Position numbers and translations under genes: made by a program. The notes under the pieces are model-generated. The model had not been told where the DNA came from, did no database searches, and saw only the letters and a list, made by a program, of their open reading frames with translations. Of a DNA stretch of 64,000 nt, positions 15,928 to 25,618 are shown piece by piece. Numbering within the stretch: position 1 is the stretch's first letter; the number at the start of each line of letters is the position of its first letter. The stretch lies in IMG/VR virus record IMGVR_UViG_3300013286_000501, positions 1 to 64,000 of that record, one strand, 5' to 3'. The stretch comes from a virus.

Positions 15928-17063
15928 TATTTGTAGCTCTGGTTAATGATGATACTGCCTTGAGGCTTATTATAACCACCTGCAAAGTTATAGGCATCTG
16001 TTACACGATCCTGTGTTACTACGACTAATACTTTGTTGTCGTTAATTAAAGTTATGGCGGTAAAGTTATTACCGTTAGGACTCAAACTCATATATCCCCA
16101 TCCTAGTTGGTTTAAATTAGGGTTATCGTTTTTATACATTCCAACAACGTGTTCATTTTCATAAGGTTTATCCGAAACCTTAATGCCTTTGTTCTTGAGT
16201 TCATTTAACAGTGATAGGGCTCGATCTTCAGCAGCCTGTGCAGCCGCAGTCTTTTGTTGATTATCTTTTTGTTGATCAGCTGATGCTTGGGCTTCTGCTG
16301 CTGGAGGTTCTTTATTCTCTTTATCCCCACCATCCTTTTTAGAGTCGCCTGTCTTTTCAGCAGCTGATTTTGCAGCCTGCTGTATGGCAATACCGGACAT
16401 TGTCGATGGTGGTTTGATGATTAGATTATTGCCAATTGGTGTATTGCTTAAATTAACAACTACAGGAGGGCTTGGGGGAGTGCTTGCTGTCTCAACGATA
16501 GTAGCCTGGTATGGTTTGTCTAAACGGATTATAGTAGATCCACTATCTACATCAATTTTACCACTACCACATGTTAAGCCTTTTAGGTTAATGTTTTGGT
16601 CAACTTCACATGTTGGCATCAACATGATCATACTTTTGCCAGTTTCGTCAACAGCCATAACAAAGTCTGTACCACGTACAGCAATGGCCGCTGTAGGAGT
16701 ATTGATTTTTACACTGTTGGGATTGTTGTGTGCGATATTACCAGATACATAACGTACAGTTCCGGCAGCAGCCTTAAGACCTAGCTTGCCGCCTGCAGCA
16801 TTTTTAGGATCGTATACAAAGTCATCGATTATTAAAGTAGAGTTTTCTGTGACCTTAACGGTAGTATCGTCTTTGAATCGAATATTAACAACACCGTTTT
16901 TGGTTTCTACTTTATCATTGGTTTCGATAGGAGTACCGTTGGCTACTGCAATAGTTTCTTTGCCGCGTTTAATAACCGCTGTGCCTTTTAGTTCAACAAC
17001 TGAACCAATATCGGCAACAGCAGCCGTAGCAACTAACCATAACAGGATGGCCCATTTTTTCAC
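15927..17063 (-). CDS. FecR-domain periplasmic protein
   Basis: Signal peptide; F.DDT.V.V.ENS, INTPTAAIAVRGTDF. Confidence 0.85.
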   Translation of the reverse strand: MKKWAILLWLVATAAVADIGSVVELKGTAVIKRGKETIAVANGTPIETNDKVETKNGVVNIRFKDDTTVKVTENSTLIIDDFVYDPKNAAGGKLGLKAAAGTVRYVSGNIAHNNPNSVKINTPTAAIAVRGTDFVMAVDETGKSMIMLMPTCEVDQNINLKGLTCGSGKIDVDSGSTIIRLDKPYQATIVETASTPPSPPVVVNLSNTPIGNNLIIKPPSTMSGIAIQQAAKSAAEKTGDSKKDGGDKENKEPPAAEAQASADQQKDNQQKTAAAQAAEDRALSLLNELKNKGIKVSDKPYENEHVVGMYKNDNPNLNQLGWGYMSLSPNGNNFTAITLINDNKVLVVVTQDRVTDAYNFAGGYNKPQGSIIINQSYK

Positions 17064-17075
17064 AATAGCCCCTTA

Positions 17076-17930
17076 TTAACGGCTTTTCTGAATGATGTTA
17101 AAACTACCACCGGCGGCAGTTGCTTGGATATTAGCTACGTTAGAGAATGTACCAGTTTGGCTAACATTGAATGTTGTGCCGCCTGATCCATTCTGTGCCA
17201 ATACCAAACTGCTCATGCTTGCGCTAGTTTGTAATACATTTACCGTATTATTATCACTACCGGTTAAGTTGATCAACATCTGTTGACCAGCTGTGCTATC
17301 TTGTCGTAGGTTAAGTGTATTACCATTGCCAGTAACATAAACAGCAGCCTGTAGCTGTGATCCATTGCCAGTATAGTTTGCAGTGTTGCTATTACCGCTG
17401 AATCTTAAGTCTAACAGTGCATTAGTGCCAGCTTGTGCAGACCCAGTTGTGGTTACTGTTTGACCAGCACTTACATTAGCTGTGTTGCTATTGCCCGATT
17501 GTAACAAATAAACATTGGCTTGATCACCTTTAACTCGTAATGTGTTAATAAGGTTGTTGTTGCCAGTTTGGTTAAGTGTAATAATTTGACTATCACCTTC
17601 TAACTTCATACTGTTAATTGTGCCAGTTGCATCGCTACCAGCACGGTTGCTATTACCGTCTTGGTTGATACTAACTGTTGGCGCACTACCAGTCTGCTCT
17701 AGATAGATAATGTTAGTTGTAGCAGCATTGCGAGAAGCAGTTACGCCAGCCGCAAAACGTGTTGTCGATTGATCAGTAATAGCAGGTGCTGATGCCTGTG
17801 TAGGTGCTGTGGGTGCAGTTTGTGCATAAACAGATCCTACGAATATACCTGCTAGTAGTGTTGCTAGTAGTTTTTTAATCATAGTGTTTTCTCCGAGAGT
17901 TTTCATTTTTACTCCTGTTTTTTGGATCAT
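17076..17930 (-). CDS. curlin-like (CsgA/CsgB-type) repeat protein
   Basis: Signal peptide; NQDGNSN, NQTGNNN, LQSGNSN, SQTGTFSN repeats. Confidence 0.75.
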   Translation of the reverse strand: MIQKTGVKMKTLGENTMIKKLLATLLAGIFVGSVYAQTAPTAPTQASAPAITDQSTTRFAAGVTASRNAATTNIIYLEQTGSAPTVSINQDGNSNRAGSDATGTINSMKLEGDSQIITLNQTGNNNLINTLRVKGDQANVYLLQSGNSNTANVSAGQTVTTTGSAQAGTNALLDLRFSGNSNTANYTGNGSQLQAAVYVTGNGNTLNLRQDSTAGQQMLINLTGSDNNTVNVLQTSASMSSLVLAQNGSGGTTFNVSQTGTFSNVANIQATAAGGSFNIIQKSR

Positions 17931-18856
17931 CTGATCCCTGTACTTTCTTCTTTGTTTCCTCCAGCATCTTTTCTGATGCTGGGCTGCTGCGTTGCCTTGG
18001 TAGGTGTTTTGGTATCCCCTTCGGACGCGGTTTTACTTTGAACCAACTCATTAGACGCCTCCTTGTATTTCCATAATCCTAACTTCTCACCCTTCTTCAC
18101 CATTTCAACAACACCTTGTTCAATTGCCGAACGAAGTGCATAGTTTCCAGGTTCATTGAACGTCTGGCTTGAATCAAACTCAAACGACTTTGTTCCCTGA
18201 TCGTAAAATCTCATTGCAGTAGCACCATCTTGTGTACTCAATAAGTTCTTTTCAATAGTCACAGATGATAAAACTTCACCTGTTTGAACACTGATCAGTC
18301 TCAAGCTGATAACAACTTGATCTTGTGTATAGCTAGTATATGGACCGATACCTAATATAGCAAATCCAGTACCACCTGTTAGCACGTTACTATTGTAATC
18401 AATAACGCCACCTTCTAGGATAACACCTGCTAATGTTAGTGGCGGAAGCATTTTAGCTTCGGCGCCTTCATAAATTTCACGAGTTTGTTTGATCATCTGA
18501 CGCTCTTTTAAAAGATTGTCTAGATTGCTACGTTCTACAACTGTGAACCATTGACGGTTTCCAGCTTCCTGTAGACTCTTGATTAGATAACTTTCAGCAC
18601 CCTGTGTAACTGCTGTACTGAAGGAACTTAATGTTACACTTGGCTTACGTTGACCGGTAAGATCTTTGAAACTATAAACTGCCACCGCAATTTTTTGACC
18701 TGCAGGTGCTGGTAGTGTATTGATCTCTTTAACAATAGTTGTTGAAACTTTTGGCGCTTCAGTTAGACTAATGTGTTCGCCCCATGGACGAATTGAAGAA
18801 CAGCCTGTCATTGCGGCTAGTGCTAGGGCAATAGTTGTTAATTTTAGTAATTTCAT
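17927..18856 (-). CDS. csgG: curli secretion channel lipoprotein CsgG
   Basis: Lipobox MTGC; AVYSFKDLTGQRKP, FSTAVTQGA, WFTVVER..LDNLLKERQ. Confidence 0.92.
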   Translation of the reverse strand: MKLLKLTTIALALAAMTGCSSIRPWGEHISLTEAPKVSTTIVKEINTLPAPAGQKIAVAVYSFKDLTGQRKPSVTLSSFSTAVTQGAESYLIKSLQEAGNRQWFTVVERSNLDNLLKERQMIKQTREIYEGAEAKMLPPLTLAGVILEGGVIDYNSNVLTGGTGFAILGIGPYTSYTQDQVVISLRLISVQTGEVLSSVTIEKNLLSTQDGATAMRFYDQGTKSFEFDSSQTFNEPGNYALRSAIEQGVVEMVKKGEKLGLWKYKEASNELVQSKTASEGDTKTPTKATQQPSIRKDAGGNKEESTGIR

Positions 18857-18866
18857 CTATTGCTCC

Positions 18867-19349
18867 TTAAAAACTAAAACTTGAAATTGGCACAGTGATG
18901 GTCTGTGTAGGACTTTTATTTGCAACAAATGCACCGTTGACCGTTTTACCGTCGTATACAGTTAATGTAACTTGACCGTTTAATTTGGTCCATTGGATTT
19001 GTTGTGCGTCAGCAACCATAAAGTTGCCGGTACTACATGCACCTGTGGTACACTCTTTGAATAAGTTGTTAGTTAGTTGAGTTGCCAATTGGCTATAAAC
19101 TTGTCCAGTAAACAATGACATAAATTTCGCTAGTGGAGTATTTGCAGCAGCAGCACCGATAGCAGCGGCATCTGCAGCCTTTTTAGAATCAACAGCATTT
19201 TGTGCGCTGTTACGCATCTGTTCTACCGTAAGGACTTGACTAGCCCAACCTTGGCCACTAAATGTTGGATCTTTAAATTGTTGAACTAATTCTGCTTGTG
19301 CTGTAGCTACAATCACTATCAACCCAAGGGTTGCTAAAGTTTTTTTCAT
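18867..19349 (-). CDS. csgF: curli assembly protein CsgF-like
   Basis: Signal peptide then ELVQQFKDPTFSG (CsgF F.NP.FGG-like N-terminus); adjacent to csgG. Confidence 0.75.
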   Translation of the reverse strand: MKKTLATLGLIVIVATAQAELVQQFKDPTFSGQGWASQVLTVEQMRNSAQNAVDSKKAADAAAIGAAAANTPLAKFMSLFTGQVYSQLATQLTNNLFKECTTGACSTGNFMVADAQQIQWTKLNGQVTLTVYDGKTVNGAFVANKSPTQTITVPISSFSF

Positions 19350-19421
19350 TGATTCCTCCGAATGACCTTGTATTGTATTTACAGGGTTATATAGCGGAGT
19401 TATGTAAGCGGTTAATGCTGA

Positions 19422-19793
19422 TTAAGGAACTAACAAATACCATACCATCCACAGGTATGTTGCTTGGTGTGCTAATTGATCTAGACCAAATTGCGTCCAG
19501 AAGATAGGTTTTGTTTGATCTTTGCTTCCATATTTTACTTTAGTATAATCTACAAGGTAATGGATTGCACCCTCTGCTAATATCAAAAATACTACAAGAA
19601 ATGCATTAGTGGGTACAAAGAAGCTAAACAACAGCAAAGAAACGGCAGAGCAGATCATGTGCTCGGTAGTGTGGCTCATTCCAATTGGATCTAACCACAC
19701 TCCTTTTTTAATGGTCTGCATATAGGTCTGCAATACAAAGTCGGCATAGCAATGCTTAACCTGTAGCAGTAGGAGTAAGAGTAATATATCCAT
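19422..19793 (-). CDS. DUF3307-like membrane protein
   Basis: KH..ADF.LQ, IHYLVDY.K, GLDQLAH. Confidence 0.75.
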   Translation of the reverse strand: MDILLLLLLLQVKHCYADFVLQTYMQTIKKGVWLDPIGMSHTTEHMICSAVSLLLFSFFVPTNAFLVVFLILAEGAIHYLVDYTKVKYGSKDQTKPIFWTQFGLDQLAHQATYLWMVWYLLVP

Positions 19794-19838
19794 ATTATTA
19801 TTTAAGAGTATTTAACTCTTACCTAACAATTTCTGATA

Positions 19839-19985
19839 TTACTTTTTAGAATCTAAAAGCTCCGCTAGTGTAGTAGAAGTAGTATTTTCTGTCAAATTTG
19901 GATGAGGATCAGCTAAAGTGAATGCATTTTGGAGTTCTTTTTCCATATCTACAATTACTATGATTTTATTTAGATCTTCGTTCAT
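19839..19985 (-). CDS. small hypothetical protein (48 aa)
   Basis: Hand-translated MNEDLNKIIVIVDMEKELQN..; ATGA overlap with upstream gene. Confidence 0.4.
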   Translation of the reverse strand: MNEDLNKIIVIVDMEKELQNAFTLADPHPNLTENTTSTTLAELLDSKK

Positions 19986-21070
19986 ACTGCTGGTTCCTGT
20001 GGTATTGGTGCCGATCCCATTGGGATTTTCGGTCCTAGCGGCTTTTGAAGATTCTGGATACTGGCCGGAACTGGTGCTGGCGTCGGTTGTGCTGGGACAG
20101 GAGCTGATACTGTAAGATCATCTAACCACTGTACTTTTCGAGTTTCGTTCTTTGTATTGGTTTCTGCTCTAGCATTCTTAAGACCTAAATCTGGACGATC
20201 AGTCATAAATCTAACAGCGAGATACGGCTCGTATAAACCTGTAGGAGTTTTACCATTAAGAAATACAGTATCGGCGCCTAATTTAAACACTCCCTGACCT
20301 GCTGGTTTTATGGTAGCGTAACCTATTAGAACAGCATTGACATTAGAAAAGCCAAACGGGCCTCCAAAATCTTTCCCAAAGACGATTTTATTTTTAACCA
20401 CATCATCTTTAATGTGGTGGCCAAATGATTGTTTTGGTCCTAGTACTCCGCCTGTGATTTCTTTTATCTTTGAAATCCATGCTTGTATTTCTGGACTCGT
20501 TGGAATCAGGTGTTGAAACCCGCCCCACTTTTTAAAATTAGATCCTTTTAGGCTAACCCATGCAACAGCAGTACCATTCTCATCATATACGCTCATATCG
20601 CTCTTTGGTTGCTTGCCACCGACTAACTCGACGGTTTTACCAAATTTAGCAGCGTGGACTATTTTTCTGCCAAAAGCTAATTTAATAAAAGGTTGACCTT
20701 CTTTTAGTTTTTCTAATTCTTTAGATAAGCCGTCGATCTGTCCTTGTTCTATACCTTCTCGAGATCCGGCATGTTCGCCGCCGAACTCTTTTGTTTTAAT
20801 GATAGATCCAAATGGAATTTCTTCTTGAGAATCTTTTAACTTTAAGGATAATGATTTACGAGGAGCAGGAGTTTGTATCCATGCCGTAACCTTATCGAGC
20901 TCGTCGGGATCGATTACAACTTCTCGTCCGTCTTTTAGCTCAAACGGAGTACCTAACATAATTTTTTCAAGAAAGATAGGAACTCTATCCTTGGGAGTAT
21001 TTGTATACTTAAACAGTCCCGGACCACCAATTGGTGCCTTTTCTGTAAGTTTAAATTCATTAAATCGCAT
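19982..21070 (-). CDS. hypothetical late protein, possible PD-(D/E)xK nuclease fold
   Basis: PKSD..WVSLK motif; late promoter upstream. Confidence 0.5.
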   Translation of the reverse strand: MRFNEFKLTEKAPIGGPGLFKYTNTPKDRVPIFLEKIMLGTPFELKDGREVVIDPDELDKVTAWIQTPAPRKSLSLKLKDSQEEIPFGSIIKTKEFGGEHAGSREGIEQGQIDGLSKELEKLKEGQPFIKLAFGRKIVHAAKFGKTVELVGGKQPKSDMSVYDENGTAVAWVSLKGSNFKKWGGFQHLIPTSPEIQAWISKIKEITGGVLGPKQSFGHHIKDDVVKNKIVFGKDFGGPFGFSNVNAVLIGYATIKPAGQGVFKLGADTVFLNGKTPTGLYEPYLAVRFMTDRPDLGLKNARAETNTKNETRKVQWLDDLTVSAPVPAQPTPAPVPASIQNLQKPLGPKIPMGSAPIPQEPAV

Positions 21071-21080
21071 AATCTAATAT

Positions 21081-21746
21081 TTATGCCACTTCTGGGAACA
21101 ATACTTCACTTACAAATTGCTTCATAGTAGATTCGGGGACTCCCATAGCAACCATACTCTTGATCACGTGAGGATTCTGTTTTTGCCAATGACAGTAGCG
21201 ATTCTGCGCCATATGATAGTCTGCACCACTTTGTTGGTCAATGCCCACATTCTTAAGATAGAAATCTAATGTAGTCAATGCTGTAGCACACAGTTGATCT
21301 ATCTCCGCTTCTTCCTGTAGATTACCTGCGGCAACCATAGCGGTACTAAAGATTTGTCGAGCCCATTCTGGAAGTTCTCTGGGCTTATTCCACTCTAGTA
21401 CATTGACCTGCGCCTTGAACCAAAGATACATGAAGCTGGTAGGATCGCCCGAGATACTGAAGTCGTGGAACGCACCTGTTATTTTATTAGGTCCACATAC
21501 TGCATCAAACCCGTAGATAGGGCTAGGATCGTTATAATGTGGGAATACAGTGCAGTGTAGAATGTAGAGCTTGTGCGTATCACGCTTGTCTACAATTTCA
21601 ATGTGTGCTCTACGGAATCTAGGACTTGACCAAAGTTGGTTATGCCAGTCGTAATCTAGTTTACCCTCGATAGGCTCGCCGGCGGCATTGAATCGTTCTT
21701 CGATGTCTTTGGCCAGTTTGCTGATCTTATCCCAAGCTAGAGTCAT
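21081..21746 (-). CDS. ferredoxin-dependent bilin reductase (PcyA/PcyX-like)
   Basis: FRRAHIE, LHCTVFP, PIYGFD, GAFHDFS, RELPEWA.IFS, QNRYC..QKQNPH. Confidence 0.88.
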   Translation of the reverse strand: MTLAWDKISKLAKDIEERFNAAGEPIEGKLDYDWHNQLWSSPRFRRAHIEIVDKRDTHKLYILHCTVFPHYNDPSPIYGFDAVCGPNKITGAFHDFSISGDPTSFMYLWFKAQVNVLEWNKPRELPEWARQIFSTAMVAAGNLQEEAEIDQLCATALTTLDFYLKNVGIDQQSGADYHMAQNRYCHWQKQNPHVIKSMVAMGVPESTMKQFVSEVLFPEVA

Positions 21747-22263
21747 AATCCCTCATCATGCGGATTGCCCAGTCAAAGGCTATATTGGCTTCGTCGCCCA
21801 TGCTGTCATCTAGTTTAGCACGAATATTGGTCATCAGTGTGCGGGGATCTGCAAACTCTAAATTGCGGTGTGCGCCCGGAACAATCTTCTTAATCATCTG
21901 CCCACCGAACATATCGCCCATGTGCCAGGTGTATAGGTGTGCCATGATCTTGTCGGGCTCTTTGGCAATAGAAATTAAGTATTTGTAGTAGTCGACTACC
22001 ACAGGACGAAACTGATGCTTCTTACTATCAGTGTTCATTTCATTGTAATCCATGAACAGGTAAAATGTTCTGCGTAGATCTGGCAAATCACCTAACAACT
22101 GATTAGCACCTGCGGCACCTTCGATAGCTCCGTAGAACAACCATTTCTGATATGTCCAATCTATCCATAGGTCTTGGGGCAGCGTCTTGGCAAACACCGC
22201 TTTCATAAAGGGTGTTGATTCAGCTTCTTGATGTTTTTCTACTGTAAGGTCTTTGAGGCTCAT
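21727..22263 (-). CDS. heme oxygenase (HemO-like)
   Basis: LKDLT..KH.EAE, AHLY..HMGDMFGGQMI, EANIAF. Confidence 0.9.
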   Translation of the reverse strand: MSLKDLTVEKHQEAESTPFMKAVFAKTLPQDLWIDWTYQKWLFYGAIEGAAGANQLLGDLPDLRRTFYLFMDYNEMNTDSKKHQFRPVVVDYYKYLISIAKEPDKIMAHLYTWHMGDMFGGQMIKKIVPGAHRNLEFADPRTLMTNIRAKLDDSMGDEANIAFDWAIRMMRDYDSSLG

Positions 22264-22565
22264 TCGGCCTCCGCTTTTAATACCAACGGATAGCCATTTA
22301 GCTTGGCCATGTTGGTAGCATCGATGACCTTTTGTTCGGCAATTTCGTATGAGTAGATACCTGCGACAGCACTACCTTTGTTGTGGATTGCCATGGTTAG
22401 CGAGATAGCTTGACGTTCTTCATGACTGAATACAGAGACCAACATGGCCACTACAAACTCCATAGGTGTGACATCGTCGTTGCAGACAATGACCTTATAC
22501 TTACTAGGCTCTTTAACTTTTCGAGAAGTGGTTGTTTTCTTTTCGATGATGGTATCAATGGTCAT
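22260..22565 (-). CDS. clpS: ATP-dependent Clp protease adaptor ClpS
   Basis: YKVIVCNDDVTPMEFVV, IHNKGSAVAGIY.YEIAEQK. Confidence 0.93.
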   Translation of the reverse strand: MTIDTIIEKKTTTSRKVKEPSKYKVIVCNDDVTPMEFVVAMLVSVFSHEERQAISLTMAIHNKGSAVAGIYSYEIAEQKVIDATNMAKLNGYPLVLKAEAE

Positions 22566-22614
22566 AATTCTATTTAATAAAAGTTTATAATGGGGGGCCG
22601 GGGCCCCCAACGCT

Positions 22615-23049
22615 TTACTCGGCTGTGATTTTCAACTGACGCGGCTTTAACGCTTCAGGAACAATACGAGTAAGGGCAATAGTAAGAACACCGTTCTTGA
22701 TCTTGCCTTCACCTACCTCCATGTGTTCGGCCAGTGTCCAACTACGAGTAAAGTCTCGTGTTGCTAGCCCACGGTGTAGGTATTGTGGTTCGTCAACTTC
22801 ACGCAGACGTTGCCCCTTGATTACCAGTTGATTCTGGTCGATCTCAACTGTAACTTCCTCTGGTGCAAATCCTGTGACTGCAACTTCGATCTCATAAGAG
22901 TCTTCGCTGTGCTTTAGGATGTTGTATGGGGGATAGTTGTCTTTGATTTGATTTGCAAAACGACCTTCAAAGTCGTTAAACAATGTGTCAAATCCTAGTA
23001 GGGCTCTGTTTAGAGCGTTCGTGTCGAAACGTACGATTTGTTGATTCAT
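22615..23049 (-). CDS. small heat shock protein Hsp20 (IbpA-like)
   Basis: YPPYNI, AVTGF, YLHRGLATRDFTRSW.L, NGVLTI. Confidence 0.95.
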   Translation of the reverse strand: MNQQIVRFDTNALNRALLGFDTLFNDFEGRFANQIKDNYPPYNILKHSEDSYEIEVAVTGFAPEEVTVEIDQNQLVIKGQRLREVDEPQYLHRGLATRDFTRSWTLAEHMEVGEGKIKNGVLTIALTRIVPEALKPRQLKITAE

Positions 23050-23104
23050 AATTTTCTCCTTAATAAGTAAGAATCAGGTGGGACCCTTTATAGGTATCCC
23101 ACTT
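23050..23104 (-). promoter_or_regulatory. ROSE-like SD-occluding hairpin (putative RNA thermometer) of hsp20
   Basis: CUU-A-CUU AUU AAGGAG preceded by hairpin GUGGGAU..GUCCCAC. Confidence 0.55.
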
Positions 23105-23111
23105 GTATTTA

Positions 23112-24992
23112 TTATACAGTCTCTGTGACCTCTGCGTCAACGATGTTATTATCCTTATCAGCTTTGGCTTTTTCTTCAGCCTCGTGCTTTTTACCAGTAA
23201 TAGGACCCATAGCTTCGTAAAGTTTTGGAATACTATCTTGGATGATCTTTGCATCGTCGCCTTTGATTGCATCTTCAACTGCTTTTACAGCATCTTCCGC
23301 ATTGGCTTTTTCTTCAGCAGTCACTAGATCGCCGTACTTTTCTACATCGCCTTTGAAGCCGTGTAGTGTGCCTTCTGCGCTGTTGCGAGCTTCAATCAAT
23401 TCACGTTGCTTCTTATCTGCTTCTGCATTAGCTTCTGCATCTTGAACCATACGTTCGATTTCTTCCTTGCTCAACCCACTGTCGGACTTGATAGTGATCT
23501 TGTTCTCTTTGCCTGTGCCTTGGTCTTTGGCACTGATCTTCATGATACCGTTGGCATCAACATCGAATGTAACTTCAATCTGTGGTGTGCCGCGGCGTGC
23601 TGGAGGAATACCATCCAACTTAAAATCACCAAGTGCTTTGTTGTATTGGAACAACTCACGCTCACCCTGTGCCACTTTGATATCAACAGCAGGTTGATTG
23701 TCTTCAGCAGTGCTGAACACTTGACTTGCCTTGGTTGGGATAGTTGTGTTCTTCTGAATCAACTTGGTAAACACACCGCCCATGGTTTCAATGCCTAAAC
23801 TCAATGGAGTAACATCCAACAATAGAACGTCAGTGCGGCCACCGCCTAGAACATCACCTTGGATAGCAGCACCTGCGGCAACTGCTTCGTCTGGATTAAC
23901 ATCCTTACGTGGAGCCTTGCCGAATAGTTGTTCAACAACTTCCTGCACCTTTGGCATACGTGTCATACCACCAACTAGAATAACTTCGTCAATATCGCTA
24001 GCACTAACACCTGCATCTGACATGGCAGTCTTGCAAGGGCCGATACTGCGCTGGATCAATTCTTCAACTAGCTGTTCTAACTTACTGCGTGTAAGTTTAA
24101 CATTCATGTGCTTGGGACCACTTGCATCTGCTGTGATGTAAGGAAGATTAACATCTGTCTGGGCACTACTTGACAGTTCAATCTTGGCCTTTTCAGCAGC
24201 TTCTTTCAAGCGTTGCAGGGCCAACATGTCTTTCTTAAGATCAACACCGTTGTCTCGTTTGAATTCATCGACCAAGAAGTCCATGATACGTTGGTCGAAG
24301 TCTTCACCACCTAGGAATGTATCACCGTTAGTGGATAGAACTTCAATTTGTTTGTCGCCTTCAACGTTGGCAATTTCAATAATGCTCACATCAAATGTTC
24401 CACCACCCAAGTCATAGACTGCAATCTTACGATCACGCTTGTCTTGTTTATCAACACCATAGGCCAATGCAGCCGCAGTTGGTTCGTTGATGATACGCAA
24501 TACTTCAAGACCTGCAATCTTACCTGCGTCTTTGGTTGCCTGACGTTGGCTATCGTTAAAGTAAGCCGGAACTGTGATAACAGCCTGTGTCACTTCGTGG
24601 CCCAAATAGTCTTCCGCAGTTTTCTTCATCTTGCGTAGAACTTCGGCGCTGATCTGTGGAGGTGCTAGTTTGTCGTTGTTTGCTTCTACCCATGCATCAC
24701 CATTGTCCGCCTTGATAATCTTGTAGGGCATCAAGTCAATGTCCTTCTGAACAGCCTGTTCAGTGAACTTTCGTCCGATCAAACGCTTGGCTGCATAGAT
24801 TGTATTCTTTGGGTTTGTGACTGCTTGGCGTTTTGCACTGGCGCCAACGAGGATTTCGTCATTAGCATAGGCAACAATACTTGGTGTAGTGCGAGCACCT
24901 TCTGCGTTTTCAATGATTTTTGTGATGCCGTTTTCGATAACAGCTACACAAGAGTTGGTTGTACCTAGGTCGATACCGATTACTTTGCTCAT
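23112..24992 (-). CDS. dnaK: Hsp70 chaperone DnaK
   Basis: [36 protein letters not shown]; full length. Confidence 0.98.
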   Translation of the reverse strand: MSKVIGIDLGTTNSCVAVIENGITKIIENAEGARTTPSIVAYANDEILVGASAKRQAVTNPKNTIYAAKRLIGRKFTEQAVQKDIDLMPYKIIKADNGDAWVEANNDKLAPPQISAEVLRKMKKTAEDYLGHEVTQAVITVPAYFNDSQRQATKDAGKIAGLEVLRIINEPTAAALAYGVDKQDKRDRKIAVYDLGGGTFDVSIIEIANVEGDKQIEVLSTNGDTFLGGEDFDQRIMDFLVDEFKRDNGVDLKKDMLALQRLKEAAEKAKIELSSSAQTDVNLPYITADASGPKHMNVKLTRSKLEQLVEELIQRSIGPCKTAMSDAGVSASDIDEVILVGGMTRMPKVQEVVEQLFGKAPRKDVNPDEAVAAGAAIQGDVLGGGRTDVLLLDVTPLSLGIETMGGVFTKLIQKNTTIPTKASQVFSTAEDNQPAVDIKVAQGERELFQYNKALGDFKLDGIPPARRGTPQIEVTFDVDANGIMKISAKDQGTGKENKITIKSDSGLSKEEIERMVQDAEANAEADKKQRELIEARNSAEGTLHGFKGDVEKYGDLVTAEEKANAEDAVKAVEDAIKGDDAKIIQDSIPKLYEAMGPITGKKHEAEEKAKADKDNNIVDAEVTETV

Positions 24993-25056
24993 TAATTTCT
25001 CCTTAATAAGTGAGCGGGCTTTGTGCCCATATAGAAGCCATAAGGTCTTCTACAGC
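24993..25056 (-). promoter_or_regulatory. ROSE-like SD-occluding hairpin (putative RNA thermometer) of dnaK
   Basis: CUC-A-CUU AUU AAGGAG preceded by two hairpins. Confidence 0.55.
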
Positions 25057-25063
25057 TTTATTT

Positions 25064-25092
25064 ATTATAGTAGCATACTATATAAATGTCAA
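25064..25092 (-). promoter_or_regulatory. consensus sigma70 promoter upstream of dnaK
   Basis: TTGACA-17nt-TATAAT. Confidence 0.8.
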
Positions 25093-25370
25093 GTGAGTGT
25101 ATCATCTATATGATCCGATGCCCGGGGCACTCGATCGATGAACTGTTCTTTATATGATTGTCTAGCCTTTTCTGCATCGTAAGTAGATTTAACGTTAGAT
25201 ATTGCTTTGTATATAGGGTGCATGAGTTTATCCATAATCCTACGTGCCATTTGTTCTAACACTTGATCCATATCTTTGCCCTGTGCAATCTGCATCATAG
25301 CATGGCCGTGTTCAAACATGCGAACACGTTCACTCCAAGACTCGTAGCTTTCACCCTCATTGATTTTCAC
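25089..25370 (-). CDS. small protein resembling the glutamyl-tRNA reductase (HemA) dimerisation domain
   Basis: A...IAQGKD.DQVLEQMARRIMDKLMHP resembles HemA C-terminal helices. Confidence 0.5.
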   Translation of the reverse strand: MKINEGESYESWSERVRMFEHGHAMMQIAQGKDMDQVLEQMARRIMDKLMHPIYKAISNVKSTYDAEKARQSYKEQFIDRVPRASDHIDDTLT

Positions 25371-25618
25371 TGCAATAGTTTTCCAACATGTTCCACTGTG
25401 AGCTTATCATCTGGAACAATTTCGGCATTCCACATGATAGCCATAACCAATGCATCTTTGTTGCTGTCAAACGTAAAGTCCATATACATCTCGTTGGCAT
25501 GGACAAAAAACTTGCCGCCAGGCAAACCAAATCGTTCAACGGCCCATGCACATACTTCGTTCCAATAGCCGCCCTTATCTGTTTCGATAGTCCAGGGTAT
25601 TCTTACGGTTGAGCTCAT
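25367..25618 (-). CDS. hypothetical phage protein
   Basis: ORF track, coupled to neighbours. Confidence 0.6.
   Translation of the reverse strand: MSSTVRIPWTIETDKGGYWNEVCAWAVERFGLPGGKFFVHANEMYMDFTFDSNKDALVMAIMWNAEIVPDDKLTVEHVGKLLQ

Noticed and set aside
19350-19421. Riboswitch upstream of csgF
   Set aside because: No recognisable aptamer; only a GTAAATA late-like motif and an SD
12915-24638. Numerous + strand ORFs opposite the cyclase, curlin, FecR and dnaK genes
   Set aside because: Antisense shadows of well-supported minus-strand genes
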